Below are positions 25,560 to 38,854 of a stretch of DNA of 64,000 bases, one piece after another. The notes beneath the pieces were generated by a model. The model was not told the origin of the DNA. It was given only the letters and a program-made list of their open reading frames with translations, and did not search any database. The stretch lies in assembly GCA_964187785.1 (NCBI GenBank), contig OZ076409.1, positions 77,874,001 to 77,938,000 of the forward strand, given 5' to 3'. How positions within the stretch are numbered: the stretch's first letter is position 1; each line of letters begins with the position of its first letter. The translations under genes and the position numbers were made by a program. Origin of the DNA: Amphiscolops sp. MND2022. Lineage: Eukaryota.

Positions 25560-27410
25560 TTTACACAAGTCTGTCAAACTCGCCTTCTAGGCTTCCTAGC
25601 TACCTGAAATTTTGTATGCGAGCGTCAATTATGCCCACGTAATAGAAAAACAAAATAGCGGGGTGCCCAGGTCAATATTCCGCAATCCGAGTTGACAAAA
25701 CTATGATGTACCCTATTAGTCACTTCCTGGGGCCAAAATTCACAAAAATGTCAATTTCTCCAAATTGGACAGTAGCAAGCTGCTCAAAATGCACAAATCG
25801 TCGGGATCTAGTGCTGTGTGTACAAAAATGCAAAAATTTTAATGCTGGGATACTCCGAAGGTATTGCACTATGCTCAACTAAAATTAGATTTTTTTGACA
25901 GTTTCGTACAATTTTTGAGCAAAACTGCGGCTAAGATTTCTCGATCACTAGTAATGGTAGCGCTACGAAAATTACACCACTAACGTAACTTTTCGCGGTC
26001 TAGACGATGGTGCAATTCGTTTTGGGCTACTCCTGCTAGGAGAGATTTCGACCTGTCTCAGGAACACTACTTCAGTGTACCGATATTATCACTGAAATAA
26101 CACGTTTTTGGCTATTTCTCGGCAACCACTGGTTGGAATCACTCGCGGTTTTCTGCGTTTGCAACGTTATATACTCTATACTAACAGAAAATAAGCAAGC
26201 GAAACCTGGCAGGTTCCAAATAAGGTATCTCAAAATAAAGTTCATGTTACACCTTTTACACTCTGGGAACAATGTGAAAAATACGTATTTTCCCTAGGAA
26301 CTTTTTATTTCTCGGTTCCCATATGTTCGGGATGGTTCTAACAGTACAGTAGGAAGGTGTGACAACTTTCTTTAGGGGAGTGGGGTTATTTCAATTATTA
26401 CGTTTGATGTTATTACTCTCAGGTCTATGGGGTCCTCTACTCAGGTCTATGTATATCAAAGAAAATCAGAAGTTAAAGTGTCAATTTATGTTGGGGGGTG
26501 CTAAAAGTCGTCTTGGTAGTAGTGTTTCGTACTACCAAGCTCGGGAACAACGTTTTTGGGCTGATCTTAAAGCTTGGGAACAAGTGCTCAAGGCTTCGCC
26601 CTCACCAATTTTGGTCTTCTAGGCCAAAATTGATGTTTTCTCTATAAAAATCGCTAATTTTCTCAATGTTTCAACAATTTAGCCCAGCAAATTTTTCTGT
26701 TCCTGACCTAGCAGGTCTGATGGAACGTTGTTTTCGTATTCCCACTGGCCGTATCCTTTTCCACTAGATTTCAACTTTCAACACCTCAAAAATCGGTATT
26801 TGAGCTATATATGGTGTTGTTTTCAAGGTTTTCGCGCTCAAATTTTTGATTAACTGGTCCAAACACCCACAGGGTATTTTCCCCAGTTAATTTTAGTGGG
26901 AACAGGCCTGGGAATATGCTTTTTGGGCCGATTATTAGCAAGAATTAGCAATATAACCCGATTGACGTGGGTATACGGCAACTACAAGGGTACTGGAGGT
27001 GTGATGTCGGAGGTGCTCACACACTGTCGTCAGCTAATTGGGGTCTTCAGCACTCGTCCTCCCGGTCCCCATACATTGCTAGTTTACTGAAACGGAGCTA
27101 CAAAACCCTTTAAAACCAGTTCCGGATAGGCCGGATTAACATTTTCAACAGGTGTTATCAAAATACAAGGGATACACTGTCTGAAATCGTCGATTTTCGG
27201 TTTCAGACCTCGGAAATACGCAGGAAACGCAGGAATTCAGCTAGTAGAAAGCCTACCAGGCTTGACTAAGGCAATAAAAATAATCTAGGACTCTCTCCAA
27301 CAAATTTTCCTAGATCCAGACCTAGCAGGGCCGGAAAGCAGGAGAAACTCCAATTATGGCGAAAAGATGGAAAAATGTCCCTTGTGGGGCGCCATAAAAA
27401 CTATTCTAGA

Positions 27411-28127
27411 TGTAACGTCAACCACCTAGCAGAGTACATCATAGAAGCGGCACAATGCCTAGATTGCTTGAACAGGAGACCAGTGTCTTACTACAACCTA
27501 GACATTAGTTTTTAATCCCAAAATGGTCTCCTAAAAGGGACTTTTCCAATACGTCTAAGGAGTCTCCTCAGTTAGAGCTCCGAGGCGACGTTCTCAAAGT
27601 CCGGACACGTCCCACAAGCCTGTAAAAACAATTCTTAATGTTCCTGCGTGTTTCTACGTACCTCCGAGGTCCAAAAACAGGGGTTTAGCCAAAGTACATT
27701 CAATTAGTGAATAACGTCTAAACTGGGTGAAATAAGGGGTAAAACATCACCAAACACCTACAAAAACCGCAAATACGGTACAATAGATTCAGAAAACATC
27801 AGGCGTCAGTGTCAGCGAGCCTTGGTCTTGGACCTACTAGGTGGCACATGCAAAATATGCAAACTTCTGAGTTTCTTCATCTCTTGGGCCATTCTTCGGG
27901 TTCTGCTGGCAGCTGGGACGTCTTCCGAGGGAGATAGCACAACACGGCGATTTCGGGGATACTTCTGTGACGGTGTGTTCTCTCTTGGGTAGGGTGGGGG
28001 GTGTTTTGCACTATTTTATATCATCTTTTTCGATTTCCAGTACCTGTCAGGTCGGCCATCTTGATTTAGAAATTTTGCTATCGCACATTTCATCGAATTT
28101 TTGTGACGTCTTTTGCTGGACGTTACA
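27411..28127 (-). repeat. 5' LTR of the non-autonomous element
   Basis: Direct repeat of 22382-23106; PBS lies 16 nt downstream on the minus strand. Confidence 0.95.
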
Positions 28128-28349
28128 TCTTATTGTGTATCAAATGAGTCAGAAAAAGTGGCTAGAGTTGCAGAAAAAGTTAGTTGCTAAAGTTGATTGG
28201 TGCGAATTTCTTTGCCTGGTCAAAAACTAACGCATGCTTCAATTATTATTCTTTCAAATATTTTATTCAAATATCATTTTAAAGACGCATGTAGCTTTGA
28301 CATATCGCTCTGGTGATAAAGTCTAAAATTGATTTCTCTAACAATGGTC

Positions 28350-28863
28350 AATAAGCCGAGAACGGCCAAAGTCGACGCCATATCTAAGGCTCAAAATTGA
28401 AAAGGGGGACCCTTCGGGCTTTGTGAAACTCCAGCTGGTTGCAAAAAATGAAAGAAAAAATGAAGGGGGGACCCTTTGGGGACATGAAAAAATTTCCAAA
28501 AAAATTTTTAATGAGATTTTCGAACAGTGTCACTTTGCCGAAAAATGTAAAAGGGGGACCGTTTGGAATTTTTTGACATCCATTGTGTTGCAAAATATCG
28601 AAACAAATGAAGGGGACCCTTTGGTGCAATCCAAAAAAGTGGGGCTTTGGGGGATCCTTAGTGTGTTTTCGAGCTTCTGGACGTCTGTTTTGTTTTTTCT
28701 TTTCGTTTTGGACGCGCTTCTGAGGTTGGAGTTGTTGAGGTTTGAAGTTCTTGAGGTTTGACGTTGTTGAACAAATGAACAAAAAAGTGGACCTTTCGTG
28801 TCTAAAAAAACTACCCACTGTAAGAGTCGGGCACATTTTCTACTAAAATACGCCGACTAAAAA
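28350..28863 (-). mobile_element. HINE-like element, copy A
   Basis: aataagccgagaacggc...agtcgacgcc at one end and agtcgg...ccgactaaaaa at the other. An empty paralogous site at ~29810-29830 shows insertion into an A/T run with no TSD. Confidence 0.8.
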
Positions 28864-29584
28864 TAGACGCAAAAAACGGTTTTCAATGAAACTAAAAGTA
28901 TATATTATGACGAAATGGTTAAATGAAGAGTGAACTAAAATGTTGCTGAGTGTTTCACTGCGATAGACTGCAGAAAACAATCGTGCGCAGCTCGTTAAAT
29001 TTTCAAGACAACTTTTCGAAGATTGCAACACCAGACCAGTCTTGATATATCTCTAAACGTGGTTACATTTGTTTTGCATACTTGGTAAAAATTAATTTTG
29101 ATCTGATCTGTCCGGTCGATTTCATTCAGAAGTATTGTTAGCTGTATATATTAGTTTTGCAAAAATATCCTGCTCGCTTTATAGAAACATTCTGATATTT
29201 CATACCTTTGAAAACTGCTTTTTTGAAAGTACCACTCCCATGGTTGACTCGTCAAGTTACGGCACGCCATTTTTTGTTTTGCTCTCCGTATCAAATTTCA
29301 GTAGCGTACAATTGTCTCAACTATGGTAGAATTCGGGAGAAAAGGATCACGTCCGAAAATTCTGAAACTCATTGTAACTTGAAAAATATATATCAGCACT
29401 GTCATAGAAAAACTAACGGCGTAAACCATCTTGAATCTAAAAGTAAAATTGATTATGAAACTCCATTTTCAGTATATTTATTTGAAATAATGAAGCAATC
29501 GTCCACGTCAAAAAAAATCGAATTAGAATTTTTCATCGAGTCATTTCAATAGCAACATCACTGCATTTGGGTATTGAAGGGGAT

Positions 29585-30055
29585 CGTTACATTTTGGACA
29601 CGAAGGTTTTTTCATATTCCCTTTTTAAAAACCTATCAAATGACACAGAAAAAGTGGCTAGAGTTGCTACAGTTAGTTGCTAAACTTCTGTGCCTCAAAT
29701 AAAAACTAACACATGCCTAATCAGATGTTTTATTCAACTAAAATTTTTAAGAGCATGTAGTTTTGACATATAGCTCTGCTGAAAACGTGTAAAATTGATC
29801 GTCTGTGACTATGTTCCAAAAATAGACGCAAAAAACGGTATTCAATAAAAGTCTTAGTATATATTATGACAACGTGGTTAAATGAAGAGTGAACAAAAGA
29901 GTTGCTGAGTGTTTCACTGCGATAGACTGCAGAAATATTGAAAACACAATCATGTGCAGCTCGTAATATTTTCAAGACAACTCTTCGAAGATTGCAACGC
30001 CAGACCAGTCTTGATACAACTCCAAAACATGATTAAATTTGTTAAGCATACTTAG
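29585..30055. repeat. Second copy of a ~0.55-kb host repeat (continues at 46553-46620)
   Basis: Collinear similarity to 21598-21639 + 28134-28349 + 28860-29155. Confidence 0.8.
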
Positions 30056-32574
30056 TGTCACAGCCCGCTCCCGGTCTGGCTTGTGGTTGCAGACGACTGA
30101 AGATCGAGAGAGGTCACGGAGGCAATCTGAGATTCCCCAAATCTTATTTTAACTGGTAACTTTAAAACCTTATCTTTGGAATAAACTGTGACTAAGAATA
30201 CGAAAACGAACGCCCAACTTACGAAAAGTTTAAACAAAAATGAGAACTGAAACTAAATTGAAATAAGATGATTTCACGCACATCCGGTAGGACGTCCTTA
30301 GTGCGCCAAAATAGAAACATTCGCCACCTGAAAATTAAATTAAAACACGCAGTGAAATAAAGACCATAGACCGATCTAAATGAAAATATACCCAAAATCA
30401 CCATTGGAAAAAGGAAATTATCTGAATCTAAAATAGAAACTACATTGAGATGACACACTGAGATATTCACTCCTTTTCTTTCTAAGAAAGGCAGCTTAAT
30501 TGCACTTTGAACAGCAATTAGTGCGGATTAGGACGTCGGCACTGCGCTAAGTAAACAAAATAAAGAATACATGTATATTAGATGTCGGTAAGAAGCAGAC
30601 TTGAAAGTATATAGTGTGACGTCACCGTTCCGTCCGCGCTCACTAGAGAACCATTCCAATTTACCGCCTATATTAGTGACACTACTTAAAATCATTCCAA
30701 TTTTCCGCCATAGTGACGTCACGGTGTTGTCTTCTAGGCGCGGACTAATTCTTACTTCAAATTTGCGTCCACGTTACGTCCACTATTCTGGACCAGGCCT
30801 AATACTAATACGTACGTCCACGGTACGTCCAAATTCCATCAAAACAAGCTGTTTTAATCCATCCAAAAGTTATGATGAATATCAATCAAACTAATTAGTG
30901 CTAGGAATACGTTTAAAGTGTTTGGTGATTTAACAAGACAATTAGTGGGGAATTTGAAGACCTACGCCACGTTTCCGTCAAACATTTCCTTTGCCGGGTT
31001 AATTCTGCTCTAAAACTTAAGTTGAAATGGAAATCCCCGTATAATGTAGGTGAAAGTCACAGTTTACGGGCATGACGAAAGTAAATCGATAGTATTTTCG
31101 TATTGGAAATGTATTTTCATATGTTTGTATTTTGTACTACATAAAGCGTGTGCTATTACCTTGTTGTGTTTAATTGGACGCCGGTACGTCGTCGTCCCCT
31201 AATCAGGATGGTCATTGCTTTAACCCCAATGTGCATAAATTCAGAATAAATGTTTGCGTTGCTATTGTACATTTTTGTAATGATTAAGATCTGATGATAA
31301 ACGGTTTTGAACTCTTACTTGTTCAGAAAATCCACAAAGTGCCGTTCTCACGTCGTCAAACTTTTTGTTCGAAATATTATTTTACGTGCAAGTTAAAATC
31401 TGTTGACAGAGTGTTATGTATATTCATCGGATGAATGCTAAAATAATATTAGTCAGCATTTGTGATTGAAATATTATTAAATTGGGGCAGAAGTCTGAAT
31501 TAGACAATTTAGTCTATCAAGCCATCAAGCGTCAATGTGTCGTTGTTTTATTTTGTTAACCATTAATTATTTAATTTGAAACTAATTTGAGGTTGTTGCT
31601 AATTCTTTAATCTTGATCTCATTCCTTCTTAGCATCATTGGAAATTACAGAGCTGAAAACATTAGTCATAGCATTTTTCTCGAGCGAAATATCAAAATTC
31701 AGGCATTAGTTGTTCATGCCGGCGTCACCTCAGCGTCAGTTTCTTACGAACCAAAGCAGCAAAACAGGGAAATATTTCCGGTTTGACAGACTGAAGTAAT
31801 ATCTACTTCCTGCTTGGGAGGAAACAAAAGGACGCCGAGCTGAAATGATATGATTACGGTTGATGACTAATGCTAGATTAGATTTGCCGTGTCTTAAAAT
31901 TTGACGGAATGTCGACGCAAAATTGGGAACAAAATGATTTTTGCACCAAAAATACAGGAAATGACTAATTATTCGAAGGAAATTAGGACTTAACTCGTGA
32001 TCAAATGATGCTAGGAGGGTATATATACGATGATTTTAGCTAACTAAGGGACTCAGTCTTTCGCAATTGTACAATTCAGTTGAATTTTCAATTTCACCAA
32101 AACCTTGCCTTGTTCTACTTTGTCAGAAAATATCTTTGAAAGAAATTCAATTCTTCAAGATCAAACTTTTCTACAAAATGTCAACAACAAGAAGCCAGAA
32201 AAGAAGGAACGATCAGCAAAGCACCAGTGAGAACGTAAGTGAAGGCTTGATTTCACCCATAGTAGTAGGAAATCCTTGTTCTTTAAACCAGGACGATGAG
32301 GTAGCGGGGCCTTCTAACCCAAAATCCCCCCGGATTGAAAACAGCCTCTTAGAAAGTTTAAGGGCTTCCTTGAAAGAGGAAATAACATCAGAGATTAAGA
32401 ATCTTCTTGTCGAATCTCAGAAGGAGATGTTGAAGCTCTTGAAACCTGAAACAAGGGGAAGTATTAGGGAGAATACTGAGGAAGAAGTAGAAGAGGAAAC
32501 TAGAAACTTTTATACTCCTACAAAATCAGTGAGAATAAGTTCAACTCAAAACGACCCGATAACATGTCGTAACA
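30056..32574 (+). repeat. Gypsy 5' LTR (2519 bp)
   Basis: Direct repeat of 44033-46547. Confidence 0.98.
32020..32057 (+). promoter_or_regulatory. Putative LTR core promoter (TATA plus Inr-like TCAGT)
   Basis: tatatata at 32020 (tataaata in the 3' LTR) and tcagt at 32053-32057, ~33 nt apart and ~120 nt upstream of the gag ATG. Confidence 0.65.
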
Positions 32575-33619
32575 TGGTGACAGGAGTCCTAACCGATTCC
32601 ACCAACCAGCCAAAAAGAACAAAAGCCAGATCTCAGAGCCAACCGCCGTCAAAAGAACGTCCAGTAGTGGCAAGGACTCTATTTGCAACAGATAAAAATG
32701 ATGGCACTACTCTGCCCATGCCAAAAGCACTCACGGCATCACTCCCGACCTTCGACGGGAAATCGGAAAAATTCGAGCTTTTCGAAGACCTTTTTCGCAA
32801 TAATATCAAAATGTACCCACACCTTACGGAAATCCAAAAAAAATAAACTATTTCCACTCCCTCCTCAGAGGAGATGCTTTACAAGCATTTTGTAATATCG
32901 AAGATACGAAAAAGGATTCCCTTGATGAAATCATGACGATTTTCAAACGACGTTTCGGAGATTATTTGTCCATGGCCAAGGCAAGATGGGAATGGGATGC
33001 GCTCAAATTCGATCCCTCGAACCAGAAACTCCACGAATTTCTGGATGTACTTCAAAAAACCGCCAAAGAAGCCTTCGGCTCTGAAGCCCAACAATTTATT
33101 GATAAGGCGATCTATGCAAAAATGCCAGACCACGTAAAGAAAATATTAAATAGGGCGTATCTTGAAGATAAACCCTACAACGACATCGTACTGCATCTAG
33201 AAAGGGAAATGAGACTTAACGGCCTCGGGGCGCCAGATGAAGTAAACCTGGTACCACTAAACAAAGTAGAACCAGCCCCACCAAACACTGAGCCCAAACT
33301 GGCCGACAACACGACGCAAAACACCAAGAAAGGGTATTGCTTCTACTGCAACAAATTCGGACACTACAAAGCGGAGTGTAGGAAAATGAAAAGAGATGAA
33401 TGGATGCAAACCAAGAGAAACAATGGCCAAGCCAGCAGCACTTCAGGCAAACCACTTAAATGTGACACGTGCGGCAAGCCCCACAAAACAGAAAATTGTT
33501 GGAATGGAGCCAATGCTGCCAACGATCCGCGTCCCAAGCGCCAAACTACACAGGAACAAAAAAGGGACACCCCAGACCAGTTGACAACAACCGACTTTGC
33601 TACCGAACCAAAAAACTAA
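32178..33619 (+). pseudogene. gag: Gypsy gag, starting inside the 5' LTR; frameshift in the A8 run at 32836-32843
   Basis: LPTFDGKSEKFELFE capsid-like start, continuing in another frame as INYFHSLLRGDALQ. Knuckles CFYCNKFGHYKAEC and CDTCGKPHKTENC. Confidence 0.92.
32575..32587 (+). promoter_or_regulatory. Primer binding site TGGTGACAGGAGT (tRNA-Leu-like), embedded in gag coding sequence
   Basis: Immediately follows the LTR-terminal CA; resembles the complement of tRNA-Leu 3' ends (TGGTGTCAGGAGT). Confidence 0.8.
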
Positions 33620-33685
33620 TTACGCCGCGCCTGCGTTTTGGGGAAAAAGTAGACGCGAGGGCGTATTCAACCGAAGATCCCCCCA
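33610..33685 (+). promoter_or_regulatory. -1 ribosomal frameshift signal (A AAA AAC plus downstream stem or pseudoknot)
   Basis: Heptamer at 33610-33616 directly before the gag TAA; pol is open in the -1 frame. Stem gcgttt/agacgc; loop gggga can pair with tcccc at ~33678. Confidence 0.8.
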
Positions 33686-36600
33686 CCACATATGTCAACA
33701 ACACAACGATTGAATGCAACGGCACACCGACAGAAGACTGGCTAAGACGACAAGCACTCGCTTCTATAAAAAGGCCATATCCACAAACTGAACAAGCAGA
33801 AACCTACACTCACGATAAAGATTACAGAGACAATCCTAAACAGCATGCAGATCTTCCCACCAAGCCACCCCTAATCAACAGAGAACTCTCCGTTACAAAC
33901 CAGTTCGAACAAAATGAAAACGCCCCCGACGACCATCTATCGTCACAACAGATTGAAGGAGATAACCACAACTCCTCCACAGCATTTCTGTCCACAGACG
34001 ATTTTCCCACATCACTCAACTCAATCAAGGAGTACGCAGCCGAAAAAGATGGGGAAACATACATACCCCTCCACTCCACCATAGTCCTCAAGAATAGAAG
34101 GAGACTGCTGTATTTGCCACTCGAATTCGGCGAGATAACAATGGATGGACTCGTCGACTCAGGCGCGTTCATCAACGCCATGTCCTGGTCAGACTACAAC
34201 GCGATCAAAATGAACAGCGATAGTTGCGTCATAAAAGAATATCCTCAACCACCCTTGAAGATTGAATGCGCAAACGCACAACTAGAGCAACCAATAGCCA
34301 CAGCGGACATTCAGTTCAACATCGGAACATACACTTTCACAGATACCTTCGTCATCTTATCGAAAACGTCATTTCCTATCATAGGAGTGAACTTCATGAG
34401 AAACCATCAAGCAGTGATTGACACTGCCAACGGAACCATCAATTTCCCGCACGTCGAAATGACGCTAGCCATGACAGACGAAATGAAAAAATGCAATCCG
34501 AAACCGCTCCAAATAATGGCAGAAGGAAACCAAACACTACCGCCACAACAAACAACAACAGTGAACGCAATAGTAATAACCACAAACATGAATGACGTCA
34601 CCGGCGCGGTACAACCACTACCACAATTTGATGAAACAACAACAATCATCGTCGCACCAGCACTAGCGACAGCCCACAACAAAAGGCTCAACATCCGAAT
34701 CGCCAACTTAACGGACTTCCCTCATACCATAAAGAATCACACAAAACTGGCAGAACTACAAATCCTCAAACCAGAGGACACGAAACAAATACGACCAATA
34801 GATGCCGCCGCACTCAAACTGCTAGAAGATCCTGACGACACCCACATGTACGTCAATGAACTCATGAAAGCCAACGAAACTGAACAGAATGACGAAAATT
34901 TCTGGTTTCCCACACCTGAGAATCCAGGAAACGAGGACGAGCATACGCCAATCCAGCGGCGAATATTGAAAGAAATCCGCGAACTCATCAAGAAAGAAGA
35001 ACTAGACCCAACAAAAGACAAAGAATCAAGAAAGAAATTCCTTGACATGTTCCAGTGGGAAGGCTCCCAAATCGAAGGAAATGACAGGAAACAACTTGAA
35101 CAAACAATAATCGAATACAATGACATCTTTGCGCGTCATCGACTTGACATTGGTATCAACAACAACTTCAAGGTTAAGCTAACCCCGAAGGATGAACGCC
35201 CAATCTACACACAAAGCCTACCAGTACCAATAAACTTGAAAGAAGACCTGACAGTTGAATTAGCACTAATGCACAGATACGGCATCATAACGACCCTGCC
35301 GTTTTCAAAATACGCGAGCCCAATTTTCGCCCAACGCAAACCAAACGGTAAATTGCGTCTACTTGTCGACCTGCGAAAAATAAACGCACCGATCTCAGAT
35401 GACTATATCAACAATAACCATCCAGTACCTTGTCAGACGCAGCTCAACACCTAGCTGGTAAAAAGCTGTTTTGCAAATTAGACTGCTCACAAGCATACCA
35501 CTGCTTACAAATGGCTGATCAAAGATCCATAGAAATGCTAGCATTCAACTTCGCAAGCAGGACGTTCGCCTACAAACGCCTAGCACAGGGACTGAGCAGA
35601 GCCTTATCAGCATTCTCAAGTTTCATGAGAGAATACCTAGACAAAGTGATCAAAGCAGACCAGTGCGCACAATACGTGGATGACATCGGGATTGCAGCCA
35701 ATTCAGTGACGCAGCTAATACGTAACATCCGAGCCGTTTTCGAGTGCATCAGACAAGCAGGACTTAAACTATCCATTGACAAATGCCATTTTGGAGTAAC
35801 TGAAGTCGAATTCCTTGGAAGAACGATCACTCCGCAAGGAATCGCCCCCCAAGATCATAAAATACAAAAATTCTTGGCAAATGTACGATTTCCGAAATCA
35901 AAAAAACAAGTACAAAGATACATCGGCTTTGTCAATTATTATCGCAACTACATCCCGCGACTATCTGAAAAATTACTCGGATTCTATGAGCTGCTGAAAG
36001 CAGATAAACAAATCAAAATCACTGAAGAGCTACTAGACCATTACAAGGCGATCAACGCAGCACTGTCGCAAGCCTGCGGATTGGCTCTCAAGCAACCAAT
36101 CACAGGACGACAATACGTCCTAATGACGGATGCCAGCTTTCGAGCCTCCGGCTATGCATTAATGATTGAAGAAGACAATGACAAAAAAATCAATTCCAAA
36201 AAGAAAACGTTCGCCCCAGTCGCATTCGGATCGAAAGTATTTTCCCCAGCTCAACTAAAAATGTCTATATATTGCAAAGAATTCTTGGCAATTTACCATG
36301 CATTTCTAGAATACAGCCACATACTGTGGGAAACGACGCTACCGACACTCGTAATGACCGATAATAGGTCAGTCACGCGTTTCTTCCAAACAAAAGCCAT
36401 ACCGCCTACGCTGTGGAACGCGTGTGACTAAGTGCTACAATTCAACTTTCACATAATGCACGTCGCTGGTACGCAAAACACTGCAGCCGATTTTCTATCA
36501 CGCATTGAACTTACCCCCAAAGAACGAGTTGAATTGAAAATAAGAGAGGACATTACAATCCGACCAATACAAGTCAACCTACAATCTACTGACGTCGCAG

Positions 36601-38549
36601 ATGAAGAACAAATTTTCTTCCTTCCAGATGAAACAATTGAAACCGAAGAAGAAATCTTCCTACAAAAAGAACAAGCAAGACAAAATGCGCGCGATGAAGA
36701 GACGACAAAAATAAAACTAGCCATAAAAGAAACAACACCAATCCCGATAAATAAAGCCTCCTACACCTTTGGGGCAATAAAAGAAGACGCACGCATCAGA
36801 GTAGAGCAAGACTCAAACCAAGTTTTCAAAGCAATCAAAAAGAATTTGATATGCGAAGAATATGACAAACACCTTTTACAAACTGACCCGACAGCAAAAC
36901 GTCTCCTAGTCCATGAAAACAGACTCATAGTCAAAGATGGAATACTCATGCGCAAATACTACGGAGAGTGCGGTCAGGTTACTCATCACCAAATACTAAT
37001 CCCTGAGCATTTGATTACTGAACTTCTGAAAGCACTCCATGGACAAATGGGAAAACACCCAGGGATCACAAAAATGATCCTAGAATGCAGATAAAAATAC
37101 TATTATCCCGGACTAGCAAAACGGATCAGACAATGGGTGATGCGATGCGAAGACTGCATCAAATACAAACGAATCAACAACAGTCAAATCAGACCGAAGA
37201 TGATCACCAATACAGAACACGTCCTAGGTCCGGAGGACATTCTCGAAATCGATATATTGCCGAACCTACCCAATTCTGCAGGATACCAAAACATTGTTAC
37301 GATGATTGACGTATTTTCACGCTACCTATTCGCATACCCAACACAGAATGTCACAGCGAAAACAATCGGACGCTGCATTGTCGACGTCATGACAAGACAC
37401 GCATACTTGCCAACACTGATATTATCGGATAAGGGATCTCAATTCCGATCAGAAGTCGTTGCAGAAATAACTCAGATACTCGAAATCCAGATTAGCCACG
37501 CGTCTACAAAACATGCACAAACAATCGGAATTTTGGAGAGAACTCATGCTTCAATCAAAACTGCCCTAAAAATATCGACGGGTGAAAGACGTTCAATGTG
37601 GCACAAATATGTCCAAATTGCAGTCATGAATTACAATACAACGTATCATGAAACACTAGGTTGTGAACCATCCACAGTATTCCGTGGACGTATACCCTAC
37701 AACGTTCTTGATTTAAAACTGGGCATCAAGCCAAAGTGGAAAACCACCCCTAACTCGGACATAGCAGAACAACTACAAAAACAAATCAACGAAGTGAGGG
37801 CGACAGCGAAGGACAACATCATGCTGTCTTATCTCAAATACAAAAAATATTACGACCGCAATGCGTCGGCAGCCCCGCTCAAAGTAAATGACTATTGCTA
37901 CATTCTGAACCCGAAAGCCGACAATCAGTCGACAAAGTTCGCGTTCCAAGATTGCATTTGGACAGGACCGTATATTGTGATAAAAGCACTATCAAATAAC
38001 AACTACACAATACGAAAACTTGGAACGAGATACACACAAACGCTACATAGAGTCCGAATACGACCTTACGTACCTGAACAACGCTTGCCTGACGTCACAG
38101 TACGAACCAACGACTACCTTCCTGATCCAGACGTTAAAATCTCACACAATGAATGGTATGCAGTATCATGGGAAATGGATTTTGGTAAACAGATTGATGA
38201 ACACGAAACATCAGAAAACACAAGAAACAACCATCACGCAGAAACACAAGAAGCGACAAATACAAATGACGAAGACGCAACGTCGCAAACGCCAAAAAAT
38301 TACATCGAAGATACAAATGACACAGCGCCGTTGTCTCCGGATTTTTCAAATCTTACAACAGACGTGGGGGATAACCCATACATACGACGCCCCCCACCCA
38401 TTGAAAGTCCACCTATTCCCCCAAGATCACCGCCTACAGCTGTCGAATACAACCCAAGAAAAATAGCAAAATACAATTTACGACCTAATCCTAAACCTAA
38501 CGCTAATCCTGACTTCAGACGACTTGACGCTATCACTACGACTCACTAA
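33616..38549 (+). pseudogene. pol: Gypsy pol (PR, RT, RNase H, IN) with one frameshift (~35428) and two nonsense codons (36429-36431, 37092-37094)
   Basis: LVDSGA, ASPIFAQRK...LRLLVDLRKIN, QYVDDI, MTDAS, H-H-C-C, EIDIL, SDKGSQF, GILERTH, WTGPY. Confidence 0.96.
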
Positions 38550-38854
38550 AAAGAAAACAGTATCACTAAGTGTCCAGACCGAACCGACCTGACAACTTTA
38601 ATTATTGGCATACTACGGCCTTTTTTTCTTCCCTTTTTCTGGATTTTTCTTTTTCTTTTTGACTCCAAATACTTCTATACTATTTTTTTTCTGCTGAGGA
38701 GCCATCTATCATCAACTAATTTCAATGCCAGCAAAATAAAATCATCAAACATACAGCAAATACAACCCGCTACATCAGGATGAACTATGGAACTACAAAG
38801 ACTACCACTAGAGTTTTCAAAATAACAGCAATATCAAAGTCTCAGTTAAAAGTT

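Larger units (their letters stand above)
22382..28127 (-). mobile_element. Non-autonomous LTR retroelement (BEL-like cis signals, no intact ORF)
   Basis: LTRs 22382-23106 (725 bp) and 27411-28127 (717 bp) with tgtaacgtc...gacgttaca termini. Minus-strand PBS tggcgccccacaag (27381-27394) and PPT ggggagga (23107-23114). 6-bp TSD gcttat/tcttat with one mismatch. Confidence 0.92.
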
